This document shows, piece by piece, positions 9,700-18,418 of a stretch of DNA of 64,000 nt (positions within the stretch are counted from its first letter, which is position 1; every line of letters begins with the position of its first letter). Location of the stretch: NCBI GenBank assembly GCA_050173015.1, contig JBFXLE010000008.1, positions 584 through 64,583 of the forward strand, given 5' to 3'. The notes beneath the pieces were generated by a model. The model ran no database searches, was not told the DNA's origin, and saw nothing but the letters and a program-made list of their open reading frames with translations. The translations under genes were made by a program, and so were the position numbers. The DNA is from Calditrichaceae bacterium (lineage in GTDB: Bacteria; Calditrichota; Calditrichia; Calditrichales; JBFXGD01).

Positions 9700-11226
9700 A
9701 TGAAATCATCAACCGGGTACTTTAATTACCTCTTCAGATCGACAAAAGGCCTTGTGCTGGTTGCCATCTCCGTAGTCTCACTTATTACGGCAATCTGGGG
9801 CACTCTGTCCGGTCCCATGGTTGAATGGGGCGTGCGCGATCTGACAGTTAAACTGCTGGGTATGGATATGCATCACTGGGATCGTGAGGGACGCATTATT
9901 ATGCTCTATCACACCATTGCTATGGCAGTTTTAGCTATCGAAGTATATTTTATTACATCGATCGTTCCCATGAAAAAGCATCAGCAGGTTAATATCAACG
10001 CCACCATAACGGTGGGATATTTAACCGCCACCATTTTTGGACTTTGGTTCGCATATTTTGGACATGCTTATATTTTTCACGGTTTGTTTTTAGTCGGTCA
10101 GTCACTGGTCTTTTTCGCCGGCGTTTTATTGGCCGCCGCCTTGTGGCCATGGAATAAGGAATACTACCTGGCCGCAGACAGCGATTATGCCCATACAAAA
10201 TCAGGTATGGACCTTGAACGGGCGGCATTTTTTACGATGGCCGTAATGACATTACTTTCCGCCACATGGGGAGCTGTCACCGGTTCCTACTGGTCAAACG
10301 GGCATGAGACATTTTTGGCAGAAAACCTGATTCGCAATCCCCATAAAACAGCTCTGGAACACGCCATTATCGGACATTTGCACATTATGCTCTCGTTAGT
10401 GGCAGTAGCCATTACGCTGGTTGTCGGCAGATGGCTGGATTTCAAAGGAATGTTGCATAGGTGGGCCATGTATTTAATGATCCCTGGTACCATTATCCTT
10501 ACCTTGGGAGCATTGTCTATCGTATGGCTGCCATGGGCTCACAACACTATTTATGTCGGTTCGGTGGGCGTCATGTTGGCCGCGCTGCTCTATGTAATCT
10601 ATTCCTGGAAAAAGTTAATCAATGACCGTGTTGCCGAACTTGGATTAAGCAACCCTACCGTCTTTCAAAAAGTTAAAGCCCTGCTTCATGATCCACTTAA
10701 ATTCGGTACAGGCTGGCAGATGGTATTTATGAACTTCACAGTAAGCGGCGTGGGTATCTTTATGGCTGTCAAATTAGATAAAATTTTCCGTGTCTGGCCC
10801 GCCCGCGAAGAACGCATTACTCTGACCGGTCACTGGCATATTCTCGCCGCCATCATCGCTACTATCATTCTAATGTATTATGTGGATATGTCCGGCGTAA
10901 AAGGGAAAATAAGACAATGGTTTGGCTGGATACTCATTATCGGTTCGGATATCGCTTTTGCCTCAGCCACTATTTTTTCAATGAAACGGCTTTTTGTCAC
11001 CGAATACGCAAAGCAGCCATTAGTGAACATGACCATGTTGCTTATGGATTTTGGTCTGGGCGCCATATTGATTATTCTGGCTATTTTAATGGGTTGGCGA
11101 CTTTTTGATTTATTTAAACAGGATGGATTATGGAAAAAAGAAGCGATAAATCCTGAAGTGGACATACAGAGAATTTTTCCCGCGGCGCCTGTAAAAGATC
11201 TCAATGTTGAACAGGAGGTGAACTAA
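9700..11226 (+). CDS. ~12-TM His-rich membrane protein, divergent heme-copper oxidase subunit I / NnrS-like
   Basis: About 12 hydrophobic helices; His71 (helix II), H127, GHLH (226/228), H281, GHWH (378/380); heme O synthase two genes downstream. The ORF is secure; the family is inferred. Confidence 0.6.
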   Translation: MKSSTGYFNYLFRSTKGLVLVAISVVSLITAIWGTLSGPMVEWGVRDLTVKLLGMDMHHWDREGRIIMLYHTIAMAVLAIEVYFITSIVPMKKHQQVNINATITVGYLTATIFGLWFAYFGHAYIFHGLFLVGQSLVFFAGVLLAAALWPWNKEYYLAADSDYAHTKSGMDLERAAFFTMAVMTLLSATWGAVTGSYWSNGHETFLAENLIRNPHKTALEHAIIGHLHIMLSLVAVAITLVVGRWLDFKGMLHRWAMYLMIPGTIILTLGALSIVWLPWAHNTIYVGSVGVMLAALLYVIYSWKKLINDRVAELGLSNPTVFQKVKALLHDPLKFGTGWQMVFMNFTVSGVGIFMAVKLDKIFRVWPAREERITLTGHWHILAAIIATIILMYYVDMSGVKGKIRQWFGWILIIGSDIAFASATIFSMKRLFVTEYAKQPLVNMTMLLMDFGLGAILIILAILMGWRLFDLFKQDGLWKKEAINPEVDIQRIFPAAPVKDLNVEQEVN

Positions 11227-12146
11227 TGAACAAGCTATTTTATATTTTATCATCTCTGATCTTAATGTTCAGTATTTCATGCAACGCTCAGGACTATACA
11301 CCGACAAAAGAAATTAAATTCATTGATACCGGGATTGATGCAGAAGCCTGGGTTGAAATTCCGGCAGGCATATTTTTGAAGGGAATGCATCGTCATGAAA
11401 CAATGATTGAAAATCCTTTTGAAATTATGGTTACCGATGTAACCAACGCGCAGTATGTCAGATATCTTAACGAAGCCTTGGAAAAGGGCACCATAAAAGT
11501 TGAAGGAGATTCGGTAAGAGGATACTATCCCGGGGAGCCGTTCGATGGATATAAACATGAATTTGAAGTTCCGGCGGGTGATAAACTACATCTGAATTTA
11601 GCAGAGCCCGGTATGCGCATTCTCTTTGATGGGACATCCTTTTCAGTGGTGAGTGGATTTGAAAATCATCCTGTTACATTCGTGACATGGTTTGGCGCTA
11701 ATGCGTATGCCGAATTTTACGGCTGGCGTTTACCATTGGAAGACGAATGGGAAAAAGCCGCTCGTGGAACGGATGGGCGAACTTATCCCTGGGGTGAAAA
11801 AATCTCCCCAAATATCACAAACTATCTCAGTAGTCATAATCTTTTTGAGAGAATGCTTGGCGAAAATACAACCACAACGGCCGTCGGTTTTTATAATGGC
11901 AAAACATACGATGGCTACGAGACTCTTGAAAATAAAAGCCCCTATGGATTATATGATATGGCGGGAAATGTCTGGCAGTGGTGCGGGGATGATTATCCCG
12001 ATTTACACTATCGATATATGCGAGGCGGGAGCCGTGATAACTATGAATATAATCTGTTTACATGGGCTCGAAACAACGCCGGTCCCGACTTCTACAGTAT
12101 GTATGTGGGATTCAGATGTGCAAGGGACGTTCAACCAACAGAATAA
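11226..12146 (+). CDS. FGE-sulfatase (SUMF1/NirV-like) domain lipoprotein
   Basis: Lipobox SISC; VTNAQY, HPVTFVTW, RLPLEDEWEKAARG, YGLYDMAGNVWQW, RGGS, GFRC; TAATG overlap with the upstream gene. Confidence 0.92.
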   Translation: MNKLFYILSSLILMFSISCNAQDYTPTKEIKFIDTGIDAEAWVEIPAGIFLKGMHRHETMIENPFEIMVTDVTNAQYVRYLNEALEKGTIKVEGDSVRGYYPGEPFDGYKHEFEVPAGDKLHLNLAEPGMRILFDGTSFSVVSGFENHPVTFVTWFGANAYAEFYGWRLPLEDEWEKAARGTDGRTYPWGEKISPNITNYLSSHNLFERMLGENTTTTAVGFYNGKTYDGYETLENKSPYGLYDMAGNVWQWCGDDYPDLHYRYMRGGSRDNYEYNLFTWARNNAGPDFYSMYVGFRCARDVQPTE

Positions 12147-12210
12147 TATGATTCAATTATGGATGGTACAAGGTTCCCAGGGAAGGGATTTTAATAGTTA
12201 GGATTTCATT

Positions 12211-13107
12211 ATGAAGAATAAAAATATATTTCATGAATCAAGGACTCTTTTCAGGGCAAAGTTTAAATTATACTGGCCTTTGATAAAAAGTCTTCAAACC
12301 GGACTATTGGTGATTACCGGAATAACGGGGTACATCAGTGCCAGATGCCCCGTTATAACCTGGGATGTATTTGCCGGTCTGATCGGCAGTCTATTTCTTA
12401 CGGTCAGTGGTAGCACTGTTCTTAACATGATTTATGACAGAGATATAGACGCAAAAATGGGCAGAACGGCACACCGACCCCTGCCATCCGGCAAACTAAG
12501 TGTGAAGGAAACACTTGTTCTGGGATCGTTTTTGTCTTTTGCGGGCTTATTTTGGGCATTTATGCTCTCTGTTCCCTATGGAATGGTCGTTTTCGCCGGG
12601 ATCTTCATCGATGTTGTCATCTACACCATCTGGCTTAAAAGAAAAACCGCCTGGTCGATTATTTGGGGCGGCGTTTCCGGCGGCATGCCGATTTTGGCGG
12701 GAAGAGTACTGGGTCTGGGTCATGTTGACAGCATAGGGCTTTTGTTCGCCCTGGCAATACTTTTGTGGATACCTACCCATATCATGACATTCAGTATGCG
12801 TTACTTTGATGATTACAAACGCGCGGGTGTCCCCACTTTTCCATCGACTTACGGCAACAAAAAAACAACACTGGTGATTGCCTTTTCGAGTCTTGCAGCG
12901 GCTGTCGCTATCGGAATTGGCGCCGTCGCGCTGGGCCTTTCCTGGGGCTATCTGCGCCTTTTTATAGTTCTTTCGACCGGTATCCTGGGTCTTGCCATAG
13001 TCATTGTATTCCGACCTTCGGAAAAAGTGAATTTCGGCATGTTTAAGTATGCCTCTGTATACATGCTCAGCTCAATGATCATGATCGCGTTGGGGGTCAT
13101 GTCATGA
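12211..13107 (+). CDS. ctaB: Protoheme IX farnesyltransferase (heme O synthase)
   Basis: UbiA-family NMIYDRDIDAKMGRTAHRPLPSG, YTIWLKRKT, WIPTH, DDYKRAGVP. Confidence 0.92.
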   Translation: MKNKNIFHESRTLFRAKFKLYWPLIKSLQTGLLVITGITGYISARCPVITWDVFAGLIGSLFLTVSGSTVLNMIYDRDIDAKMGRTAHRPLPSGKLSVKETLVLGSFLSFAGLFWAFMLSVPYGMVVFAGIFIDVVIYTIWLKRKTAWSIIWGGVSGGMPILAGRVLGLGHVDSIGLLFALAILLWIPTHIMTFSMRYFDDYKRAGVPTFPSTYGNKKTTLVIAFSSLAAAVAIGIGAVALGLSWGYLRLFIVLSTGILGLAIVIVFRPSEKVNFGMFKYASVYMLSSMIMIALGVMS

Positions 13108-13712
13108 AAAAATTATCCGGCGTCAGCCGGATGGCGCTTTTAATGACGGCAATGCTCGCGGCTTTCCAAATAGTCTCGGGAATTGAAGGCACTCCCATAC
13201 TTTCAGGAGTTTATTATACTATCTCCTTCGGAGTTCTTCTGGTCGCGGCTTTACTACTGATTTTATTCGGGTTTGAGATCATGGAATTTCCTGCGATCGC
13301 GGTGATTGCCACCATCATCCCAAACGCTCTTTCATTGGGTCTGGTCGCGCAATATCTGCCTGAATATCACATTTCTTATCTTGCTGTGGTATTAATCGAA
13401 CTGCTTTCCATGGCAGTTTCAAGATATTTTTCAAGTTCAAAGCAAATTATAACCATAGTAACATCAATCACTCACGGGACGGCGGGACTTATTATATTCA
13501 TCTTCCCGCTTTGGCTCAGTATAGCCGGGACCACTAAACCGATTTTTTCGCTTGTCGGGGCCGGCGGGGCCCTTATCGGTTCCGGTGGACTGCTTCTGGC
13601 ATTTTTAAAAGCCGGAAAACCAATCTTGTCCCGTGATACAATTTTTTCAATCCTGCCTGTCATACTTTTAGTGATGACGGCAGCTTTTGTCGTCGGTATG
13701 ACTGCAGGTTAG
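13104..13712 (+). CDS. Uncharacterised ~7-TM membrane protein (paralogue 3)
   Basis: THGTAG and GGALIGSGGLLLAFLKAGKPILS; ATGA overlap with ctaB. Confidence 0.85.
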   Translation: MKKLSGVSRMALLMTAMLAAFQIVSGIEGTPILSGVYYTISFGVLLVAALLLILFGFEIMEFPAIAVIATIIPNALSLGLVAQYLPEYHISYLAVVLIELLSMAVSRYFSSSKQIITIVTSITHGTAGLIIFIFPLWLSIAGTTKPIFSLVGAGGALIGSGGLLLAFLKAGKPILSRDTIFSILPVILLVMTAAFVVGMTAG

Positions 13713-13782
13713 TTTATAAAGTTAAGAGGTATGTTAGTTTTATTGTATTTATTCATGATTAATTTTTTGAGGAGATTTTAGA

Positions 13783-14805
13783 ATGCTAAACAAAACGAAC
13801 AAAACTCAGCGCATTGTTATGGCTGTTACCGCGGTTATCGCCGGTTTGTTCATGATGTACATCGCGCCTACCCAGGGAATGCAGACTCTAAAGATCGCGC
13901 TGGAAAATGTTATGGAACGACTTATCCCGTTCGATCCGGATTTTTATCCGGCTGTACCAATCTTAGGGGCCACATATGGGGTCTGGATGGTAATTCTTTG
14001 GCTAGCGGGAGCCTTTGCGATTGTTATCGCGAAAAAAGTCTATGAGGGTGAAGAGTGGGCAAGAAGCACAATGCTTGGTCTGGCGGCAATCCCATCCGTA
14101 GCCGGTATGACCATGTTGATACCATGGATGGTGCTTGTCGTTTCCGATTATTCTACCGGACCGGTTCCGGGCATTTTACCTCCACCCGCTGATATTTCGG
14201 TGATGCCACCGGTATTATGGACGATGGTTTTCGGCCTGATTTTCTATTATATCTTCCTGCTTGCCGATCAGGATTCATTAAAAAATAAGATCCTTAAACT
14301 TATCCCTTACACATATCTTGGCATTGTAGCCGGAATGGTATTTATGAACGGCCAGCATGGTGTGCGCTATTTCATCTTTATTCCGGAATACCTGACACAT
14401 ACATCTTCACTTGAGCCGTTGGGTAATTTCTTTACCAATCTGGACCACTATGACGCGTTGGCTTTGGTCACAACTTCACAGGCAGCCATTAATGCCGGTG
14501 AAATTGCAAAAACAACTGAAGCGGTTTATAATCCCAACACATTGACACTTCTGTTGGGTGGATTCATGAACTACGCCTCTTCATATCTGATGATATTAGC
14601 AATACCATTCCTGGCGATGAAGAAAAAAATCGGTTATTATACCGTTCTTGCAACCGCATTGGCAACCGCCCTTATCGGTTTTGACGGTTATATTGTACGT
14701 CATTCATTTGAATGGGGTGTCGGTGGAGTTATGTCGCTGGCATTGTTGGGCGTTTTCCTGCTTCCTGTATTTAAACAGTTCTTTATTGAAGAAAAAGCAG
14801 TTTAA
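13783..14805 (+). CDS. Uncharacterised multi-pass membrane protein
   Basis: About 8 hydrophobic segments, MNGQHGVRYF motif, GGAG RBS. Confidence 0.8.
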   Translation: MLNKTNKTQRIVMAVTAVIAGLFMMYIAPTQGMQTLKIALENVMERLIPFDPDFYPAVPILGATYGVWMVILWLAGAFAIVIAKKVYEGEEWARSTMLGLAAIPSVAGMTMLIPWMVLVVSDYSTGPVPGILPPPADISVMPPVLWTMVFGLIFYYIFLLADQDSLKNKILKLIPYTYLGIVAGMVFMNGQHGVRYFIFIPEYLTHTSSLEPLGNFFTNLDHYDALALVTTSQAAINAGEIAKTTEAVYNPNTLTLLLGGFMNYASSYLMILAIPFLAMKKKIGYYTVLATALATALIGFDGYIVRHSFEWGVGGVMSLALLGVFLLPVFKQFFIEEKAV

Positions 14806-14901
14806 CTAAAATTTGAAACAATCGGCGGCTTCGCGTCGCCGGTGTTTCTGCATGGATGTCAACCAGAAATAATTTTTAATTGAAATTTTAGGGAGAAACT
14901 C

Positions 14902-16089
14902 GTGAAAAATATTACACTTTCGATGCTTTTGGTTCTGTCTCTCTCCATATCAACTGCGCTGGCTACAGACGGAGATCAGATGTTGGGTATTACAGCTAAT
15001 CAATGGGCCCGCGCCGGTGCGATTATTGCAGCGCCGGCTGATATTCCAAGTATGATATATAATCCCGCGGCAATTGGTGAATTAAAATTCAACAAAATCG
15101 GTTTTGACCTGAGTCTGGGTATACTGAATCCACCACGTGAAATCACTTCTGTCAAGGGTACTACCGAGAGTAGCGCCAATACCTATCTTGGTATGGGTAA
15201 CGGGTTCAGCGCGCGGAAATCTGATAAGATTGTATTTGGAATTGCGGCCGGCGGCGTTTCCGGAATGGGTGTTGATTTTCCCTATAGTACTTTCCCTGAC
15301 AATCCTGAAACACCATTTGCGGAAAACTCATCCATCGTAACCAAAAAAGGGTTGTTAAAAATAACACCTACCGTGGCAATAAATGTGAATGAGAAATTGA
15401 CAATCGGCGCATCACTGCAAATTGGACAACAATCATTGGCCCTTAAAACAGCCGGATTCACCTTACCGCAAACGGAAGAATATGGATTTGGCGGTGCTCT
15501 AGGAGCCATTTATCACATTACTCCTAAACTTCAGGCCGGAATTTCTTATACATCTGAGATGAATATTTCTGAATATTCTTACAACGGCACCAGCCCTTCC
15601 GCCGGTGAAGGCGAATATAAGTTTGATATGGATAGCCCGCAGAATGTTTCATTTGGTCTGGCATTTATTCCGAATGAAAGATTGTTGGTTGAAGCTGACG
15701 TCAGATGGTATAACTTTTCCGGTGTTCTTGATAAACTGGATCTAAAAACACCTTCAGGAGGCGTTATACCGATTACATTTGGTTGGGACGACCAAATGGT
15801 TTATGCTCTCGGAATGGATTTTGCCGTAAAACCCGGGTTAGTCTTAAAAGCCGGCTATAATTATGGCGAATCTCCCATTGGTGAAGAAGACGTGGACAGC
15901 AACCTCGGTTCCATCGCCGTCGTCGAGCACCATTTTTCAATTGGTGTCGCAAAAAACTGGAACAAGGCTTTATGTTCTACCCTTTCCTATACACACGGCT
16001 TGCATAATGAAGTTGAATCCAATAAATCACCAAATAAAATTGCCGCGGAACAAAATATTGTATTTTTACAATTCAGTTTTCGTATGTAA
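14902..16089 (+). CDS. OmpP1/FadL family outer-membrane transporter
   Basis: Signal peptide, YNPAAI hatch motif, GMGVDF, LKAGYNYGESPI, C-terminal FLQFSFRM beta-signal. Confidence 0.88.
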   Translation: MKNITLSMLLVLSLSISTALATDGDQMLGITANQWARAGAIIAAPADIPSMIYNPAAIGELKFNKIGFDLSLGILNPPREITSVKGTTESSANTYLGMGNGFSARKSDKIVFGIAAGGVSGMGVDFPYSTFPDNPETPFAENSSIVTKKGLLKITPTVAINVNEKLTIGASLQIGQQSLALKTAGFTLPQTEEYGFGGALGAIYHITPKLQAGISYTSEMNISEYSYNGTSPSAGEGEYKFDMDSPQNVSFGLAFIPNERLLVEADVRWYNFSGVLDKLDLKTPSGGVIPITFGWDDQMVYALGMDFAVKPGLVLKAGYNYGESPIGEEDVDSNLGSIAVVEHHFSIGVAKNWNKALCSTLSYTHGLHNEVESNKSPNKIAAEQNIVFLQFSFRM

Positions 16090-16104
16090 GTTTTTTGATA
16101 TTTC

Positions 16105-16136
16105 GAAGAGCCGTCACTGACGGCTCTTCTTTTGTT
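16105..16136 (+). terminator. Intrinsic terminator
   Basis: GAAGAGCCGTCA-C-TGACGGCTCTTC followed by TTTTGTT. Confidence 0.85.
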
Positions 16137-16208
16137 AATTGAGTTCACGATTGTATCACCATTTTTAAGTTGATTGCATAGTATTAAAAACCCCGCGGGA
16201 GAAATAAT

Positions 16209-16919
16209 ATGACTAATTCAAAAAAATACATTTTCTTTTTTCTGACTGCTGCGCTGTTAATGTCGTCTGGCCTCAGCCAGGCGGGAGATGACACTCAGTT
16301 TCTGCCTGATTTTTATGACAAAGTTGAACCGATTATTTTAGTTGATCCCCTTGGTTCTTTTCTTGGTGCCGTAAACGAAGGTGAAACCTATGTCTATCAT
16401 TACGCCGACATTATAAAATACAGTGGACATTCATGCTCCTCTATTGCCGGAGCGTATAAAATGACACAAATCGCGCTAAAAGAACTATACGGGACTGAAA
16501 CACCGGTTCGCGGTCAGATAAGAGTCACCATGAAGGGAAGCCCCGAGTATCAGGTAAATGGTCCCATCTCACAAGCGATTTCGTTCATAACCGGTGCCGC
16601 GGCAGAGACCGGATTTAAAGGCATAAAAGGTAAATTCTTTACCCGTCAAAACCTTTTAAAATACGAACCGGAGAATCCCCCGGCAGAAGGTGTCTGGGCG
16701 GAAGCTACTTTTCAGAGGACGGATAATAATCAATCAGTGACGGTTACTTACAGAACGGACCTGATTCCCGGAAATCCTGAAATGGGAAAACTTATGCCGG
16801 TTATGTTAAGCGGAAAAGCCAACGAAGAACAGAAAAAACTATTTGGTGAAATCTGGCAGGAAGCGGTGCGGATCGCCCTGATGGACCCGCCGGATGGTAC
16901 ATTTGTTGTTTCAAAATAA
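16209..16919 (+). CDS. FmdE-like protein with signal peptide
   Basis: GHSCSSIAGAY, PVRGQI, FITGAA, GFKG; hydrophobic N-terminus ending SQA. Confidence 0.7.
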   Translation: MTNSKKYIFFFLTAALLMSSGLSQAGDDTQFLPDFYDKVEPIILVDPLGSFLGAVNEGETYVYHYADIIKYSGHSCSSIAGAYKMTQIALKELYGTETPVRGQIRVTMKGSPEYQVNGPISQAISFITGAAAETGFKGIKGKFFTRQNLLKYEPENPPAEGVWAEATFQRTDNNQSVTVTYRTDLIPGNPEMGKLMPVMLSGKANEEQKKLFGEIWQEAVRIALMDPPDGTFVVSK

Positions 16920-17140
16920 TCGCTTAAGTCAAAAAAATGAATGCCAAATTATTTAAATACCAAAACTTAAGGGCGAACAAATTGTTCGCCTATTAACTTA
17001 TGTAGATTTTATATTTTGAGATCTGATATTGCATAATTAAGTTTAGAACGTTATAAAACAGCGGGACAAATCAATATTATTAATGCCGGATCACAGCTTA
17101 GAAGCGAATCCCGCATTAATATTATTAGGGTGGTGTATTT

Positions 17141-17791
17141 ATGAAAACTCTTAGTGAAGTCAGTACCAAATTCAGATATGCATTTTATGATGAAGTCGAA
17201 CCGATCAAGCTTACTGATCCATTATCGGCATTTCTTGGCGCAACGCGTGATTCCGATGTTTTTGCATACAGCTATAAAGATATTGTAAAACTCAGCGGAC
17301 ATTCCTGTCCAACCGTGGCGGGAGCGTATAAATCGACTCAATTGGCATTAAAAAGTCTTTATGATAAGACGACTCCGGTCCGTGGTCAAATAAGAGTAAA
17401 AATAGCCGGAGGTCCTGAACAGCTGGTGAACGGTCCCGTATCACAGGTCATTACTTTTATTACAGGCGCGGCTCCGATCACAGGCTTCAAAGGAATAAAA
17501 GGAAAATTCAACCGTTACGAAATGCTTACATTTGATGAAAACGTACAGCCTGAAAAAGATGTTTCATCCGATATTCTGTTTGAGAGAACCGATTCGCATA
17601 AAAAAGTACGCGTTTTATATCGGCCGCAATTTATATATCAAAATCCGGAAATCGGCCGTCTGCTGCCCTTAATGTTAAGCGGGATGGCCACAGAGTCGGA
17701 TAAATTAAGCTTTGGTGATTTCTGGCAGGAACGTGTCCGGGTCATATTGCTGGAGACACCACCGGAGGCATTCGAGTTATTAAATTATTAA
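17141..17791 (+). CDS. FmdE-like protein (no signal peptide)
   Basis: GHSCPTVAGAY, PVRGQI, FITGAA; clear paralogue of 16209. Confidence 0.72.
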   Translation: MKTLSEVSTKFRYAFYDEVEPIKLTDPLSAFLGATRDSDVFAYSYKDIVKLSGHSCPTVAGAYKSTQLALKSLYDKTTPVRGQIRVKIAGGPEQLVNGPVSQVITFITGAAPITGFKGIKGKFNRYEMLTFDENVQPEKDVSSDILFERTDSHKKVRVLYRPQFIYQNPEIGRLLPLMLSGMATESDKLSFGDFWQERVRVILLETPPEAFELLNY

Positions 17792-17824
17792 TTCGCGGAT
17801 GAACTAAATTCTGACTGGGGATAT

Positions 17825-18271
17825 TTGTTGTTAAAAAATATTGATAAAGGTATTAAGAGAAACTGGTTGTTGATCATTTCAGGGATAATGTGGTCAGGGG
17901 TAGGAATCCTTCTGAATAGTTTTGCCGGTCGATGGCTTTCTGCCTACAGCAGGTTTGAAATAACAGAATCTATTCTCATTGGCAGCTTTCTAGGTATGCT
18001 GATTGCTTTTTTTGGGTTTAAACGGGTGGCCCAAAAAAATATCCGGCGTATTCTGAATCTTCGAGAAAAAACATGTCCTTTCGCCTTCCAGGAATGGAAA
18101 AGTTATGTACTGATTATTTTTATGATGAGCCTTGGAATCTATTTACGTCATACCACCCTGATCCCAAAACTGTATCTGTCTATGATGTATATTGGTATCG
18201 GATCCGCTTTATTCCTCTCCAGTTTTTTTTATTATTACAGCTATGTCAGTATTGAGAAATGTGACAGATAA
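17825..18271 (+). CDS. Hypothetical 4-TM membrane protein
   Basis: Four hydrophobic segments; TTG start after GGGG. Confidence 0.7.
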   Translation: MLLKNIDKGIKRNWLLIISGIMWSGVGILLNSFAGRWLSAYSRFEITESILIGSFLGMLIAFFGFKRVAQKNIRRILNLREKTCPFAFQEWKSYVLIIFMMSLGIYLRHTTLIPKLYLSMMYIGIGSALFLSSFFYYYSYVSIEKCDR

Positions 18272-18418
18272 TTTCAATATATCAGGCAATATGATCCAGA
18301 ATATAGAAATTTTATAATCAGTTTTTGTTTTTCAAATAAAAAATTTTCTGCATTCTTAACGAACGAATTTAATTGGGTTCGCCGGCGTATACTCATTGCA
18401 AGGATCAAAAACTAAACA

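Noticed and set aside
9700-11226. Calling this a canonical coxA/cyoB/norB
   Set aside because: It lacks the helix VI HPxVY/HLWVE motif and the helix VII HH pair, and no subunit II or NorC is adjacent.
11226-12146. True formylglycine-generating enzyme
   Set aside because: The catalytic cysteine pair is absent and no sulfatase is nearby.
16209-17791. Formylmethanofuran dehydrogenase / methanogenesis
   Set aside because: Only FmdE-like domains are present, with no catalytic subunits; the context is bacterial.
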